Assembly: GCA_038087875.1 (NCBI GenBank)
Contig: CM075993.1
Location: 7,256,001 to 7,320,000 of the forward strand
DNA length: 64,000 nt
Source: Malacoraja senta
Lineage: Eukaryota
Reading direction: 5' to 3'
The position numbers and the translations under genes were made by a program. Below the pieces are notes generated by a model. That model saw nothing but the letters and a program-made list of their open reading frames with translations, made no database searches and was not told the origin of the DNA. Of this stretch, positions 61,934 to 64,000 are shown piece by piece (the stretch's first letter is position 1; the number at the start of each line of letters is the position of its first letter).

Positions 61934-62557
61934 AGGATTTGAGTATCGGAGCAGGGAGGTTCAACTGCAGTTATACAGGGCCTTGGTGAGACCACACCTG
62001 GAGTATTGTGTACAGTTTTGGTCTCCTAATCTGAGGAAAGACATTCTTGCCATAGAGGCAGTACAGAGAAGGTTTACCAGACTGATTCCTGGGATGGCAG
62101 GACTTTCATATGAAGAAAGACTGGATAGACTCGGCTTGTACTCGCTGGAATTTAGAAGATTGAGGGGGGAATCTTATAGAAACTCACAAAATTCTTAAGG
62201 GGTTGGACAGGCTAGATGCAAGAAGATTGTTCCCGATGTTGGGGAAGTCCAGAACAAAGGGTCACAATTTAAGGATAAGGGGGAAGTCTTTTAGGACCGA
62301 GATGAGAAAAAAAAATTCACACAGAGAGTGGTGAATCTGTGGAATTCTCTGCCACAGAAAGTAGTTGAGGCCAGATCATTGGCTATATTTAAGAGGGAGT
62401 TAGATGTGGCCCTTGTGGCTAAAGGGATCAGGGGGTATGGAGAGAAGGCAGGTACAGGATACTGAGTTGGATGATCAGCCATGATCATATTGAATGGCGG
62501 TGCAGGCTCGAAGGGCCGAATGGCCTACTCCTGCACCTATTTTCTATGTTTCTATGT
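61934..62557 (+). mobile_element. CR1 LINE 3' fragment (same subfamily as 3136-7090)
   Basis: GFEYRSREV...[17 protein letters not shown]; (ttctatgt)n tail. Confidence 0.88.
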
Positions 62558-63446
62558 TTATTGTCAAGTGTACCGAGGTACAGTAAAACGTTTTTGTTGC
62601 TTGCTAACAGTGGAAAGACAATCCATGATTACAATCGAGCCATCCACAGTGTACAGATACATGATAAGGGGATAACGTTTAGTGTAAGGTAAAGTCCGAT
62701 TAAAAATAGTCTGAGGGTCTCCAGTGAGGTAGATAGTAGCTCAGGACTGCTCTCTAGTTGTTGATAGTCCCTCATCATGCATCTGTACGCTGTCAATGTA
62801 TCGATTGTAATCATGTGGTAGACAAAAATGCTGGAGAAACTCAGCGGGTGAGGCAGCATCTATGGAGCGAAGGAAATAGGCAACGTTTCGGGTCGACCCT
62901 GAAACGTTGCCTATTTCCTTCGCTCCATGGATGCTGCCTCACCCGCTGAGTTTCTCCAGCATCTTCAATTTTCCAGCATCTGCAGTTCCTTCTTAAACAT
63001 TGTAACCATGTATTGTCTTTCTGCTGACTGGTTAGCACGCAACAAAAGCTTCTCACTGTACCTCGGTACACGTGACAATGAACTCAACTGAACTGATAGG
63101 ATGGTTCATCAGTTGCCTAATAACAGCTGGGAAGAAGCTGTCCATGAATCTGTGGAGGTGTATGTTTCACACTTCTGCACCTCTTGCCTAATTACACATA
63201 AATTTCAAATAAATTATACATAAATTACATGCAAAATGGAAATAAATTACACATAAATTATACATAAATCACACACAAAGTGTTCACAGATTCTACGTAC
63301 ATTACACAGAAATTCTCTAAGAACTTGTATCTTCTGAAGAGGCCACTGAATGATATGATACTGAAACACGGAAAATAGGTGCAGGAGTAGGCCATTCGGC
63401 CCTTCGAGCCAGCACCACCATTCAATATGATCATGGCAGATCATCC

Positions 63447-63785
63447 AGGCAGGAAACATGTTCCCGATGTTGGGGGAGTCCGGAACCAGGGGCCACAGTT
63501 TAAGAATAAGGAATAAGCCATTTAGAGCGGAGACGAGGAAACACTTTTTCCTCAGAGAGAGTGGTGAGTCTGTGGAATTCTCTGCCTCAGAGGGCGGTGG
63601 AGGTGGGTTCTCTGGATGCTTTCAAGAGAGAGCTAGATGGGGCTCTTAAAAATAGCAGAGTCCGGGGATATGGGGAGAAGGCAGGAAAGGGGTACTGGTT
63701 GGGGATGATCAGCCATGATCACATTGAATGGCGGTGCTGGCTCGAAGGGCCAAATGGCCTACTCCTGCACCTATTGTCTATTCTC
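63447..63785 (+). mobile_element. CR1 LINE 3' fragment, preceded by an inverted CR1 3' end (about 63370-63446)
   Basis: MFPMLGES..TRGHSLRIR..RVVSLWNSLP; the 3' UTR is shared with the other CR1 copies. Confidence 0.8.
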
Positions 63786-64000
63786 TACTGGAAGTTGTAA
63801 AAATTGTCCAGTATAAAATTCTCCATTTATCAAGACAATCAACCTGCTGAGTATTTCCAGATTTTTTTTTCAAAATTGGTTTTTGAGAATTCAGATTGAG
63901 AATATTGAGAATATACTAACTGTTCACTTCCAAGTCTTGCAGATACATTTCTAATCCCTGTTAATCGCTAGTGAGACTAGTGATCATTATCACATGGAAG

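Noticed and set aside
63190..63275. AT-rich (ataaattacac)-like repeats
   Set aside because: Simple low-complexity sequence with no further structure.

Overview
Eukaryotic, repeat-dense vertebrate DNA. The repeat content (HE1/V-SINE-type tRNA SINEs, CR1 LINEs with an esterase ORF1, Rex1/Babar LINEs, Penelope-like elements) points to a cartilaginous fish, probably a skate or ray (inference). I reconstructed one complete host gene by hand on the + strand: 11 coding exons from 21817 to 56051, all GT-AG and phase-consistent, 2202 nt including the stop, 733 aa. It encodes two CCCH zinc fingers, an RWD/UBC-like fold, four CxxC pairs and a CHY zinc finger. Upstream lie a nearly full-length decayed CR1 (- strand), a decayed Penelope-like element (PLE) with RT, GIY-YIG and a hammerhead-like core, and a Mag-like Gypsy provirus (two LTRs, 5-bp TSD GGACC). 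That provirus contains a second, truncated Gypsy, and its 5' LTR carries a 59-bp patch copied in inverted orientation from the neighbouring PLE. Many short fold-back elements related to the PLE 3' end are scattered throughout with 12-16 bp TSDs, along with MITEs and LINE fragments. There is a 200-N assembly gap at 18425-18624. There is no evidence of prokaryotic systems such as CRISPR.
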